DNA of 26,824 nucleotides from a virus (taxonomy: Duplodnaviria; Caudoviricetes): positions 1-26,824 of IMG/VR virus record IMGVR_UViG_3300030330_006100; one strand, given 5' to 3'. A model generated the notes under the pieces. It was not told the DNA's origin and did no database searches. It worked only from the letters and a program-made list of their open reading frames with translations. Of this stretch, positions 26,824-26,824 are shown one piece after another. The translations under genes were made by a program, and so were the position numbers. Each line of letters opens with the position of its first letter. Position 1 is the stretch's first letter.

Positions 26824-26824
26824 G

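Noticed and set aside
1-26824. Stop-codon reassignment
   Set aside because: Long genes are intact in code 11, and TAG (8500, 13073, 24314) and TGA (26014) end genes at tight junctions.

Overview
A gene-dense fragment of a large tailed dsDNA phage genome (genetic code 11; TAA, TAG and TGA all used as stops) made of two convergent arms that meet at 13071/13073. The + arm (1-13071) is a replication and modification module. It encodes a DnaB helicase (5'-truncated by the window), a DnaG-type primase, a PD-(D/E)XK nuclease, a DNA polymerase III alpha split into a stand-alone PHP gene and a core DnaE gene (separated by two nucleases, a DnaQ exonuclease and a small ORF), a Whirly/PC4-like ssDNA-binding candidate, a structured intergenic RNA-like element, two glycosyltransferase-related genes and a Rad52/Sak-like annealing protein. 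Four similar sigma70-type promoters sit directly before start codons, suggesting leaderless mRNAs. The - arm (13073-26824) encodes seven probable virion tail or baseplate proteins. The most notable signals are: strong Ser/Thr-Gly dipeptide enrichment in a subset of tail proteins next to a GT4 gene and a split GT9-like gene (candidate virion O-glycosylation system); a catalytically dead matrixin-like domain inside a tail protein; a Whirly-like SSB; and a possible switchable RNA upstream of the glycosyltransferases. All family calls come from motif recognition by eye, and all counts are hand counts.
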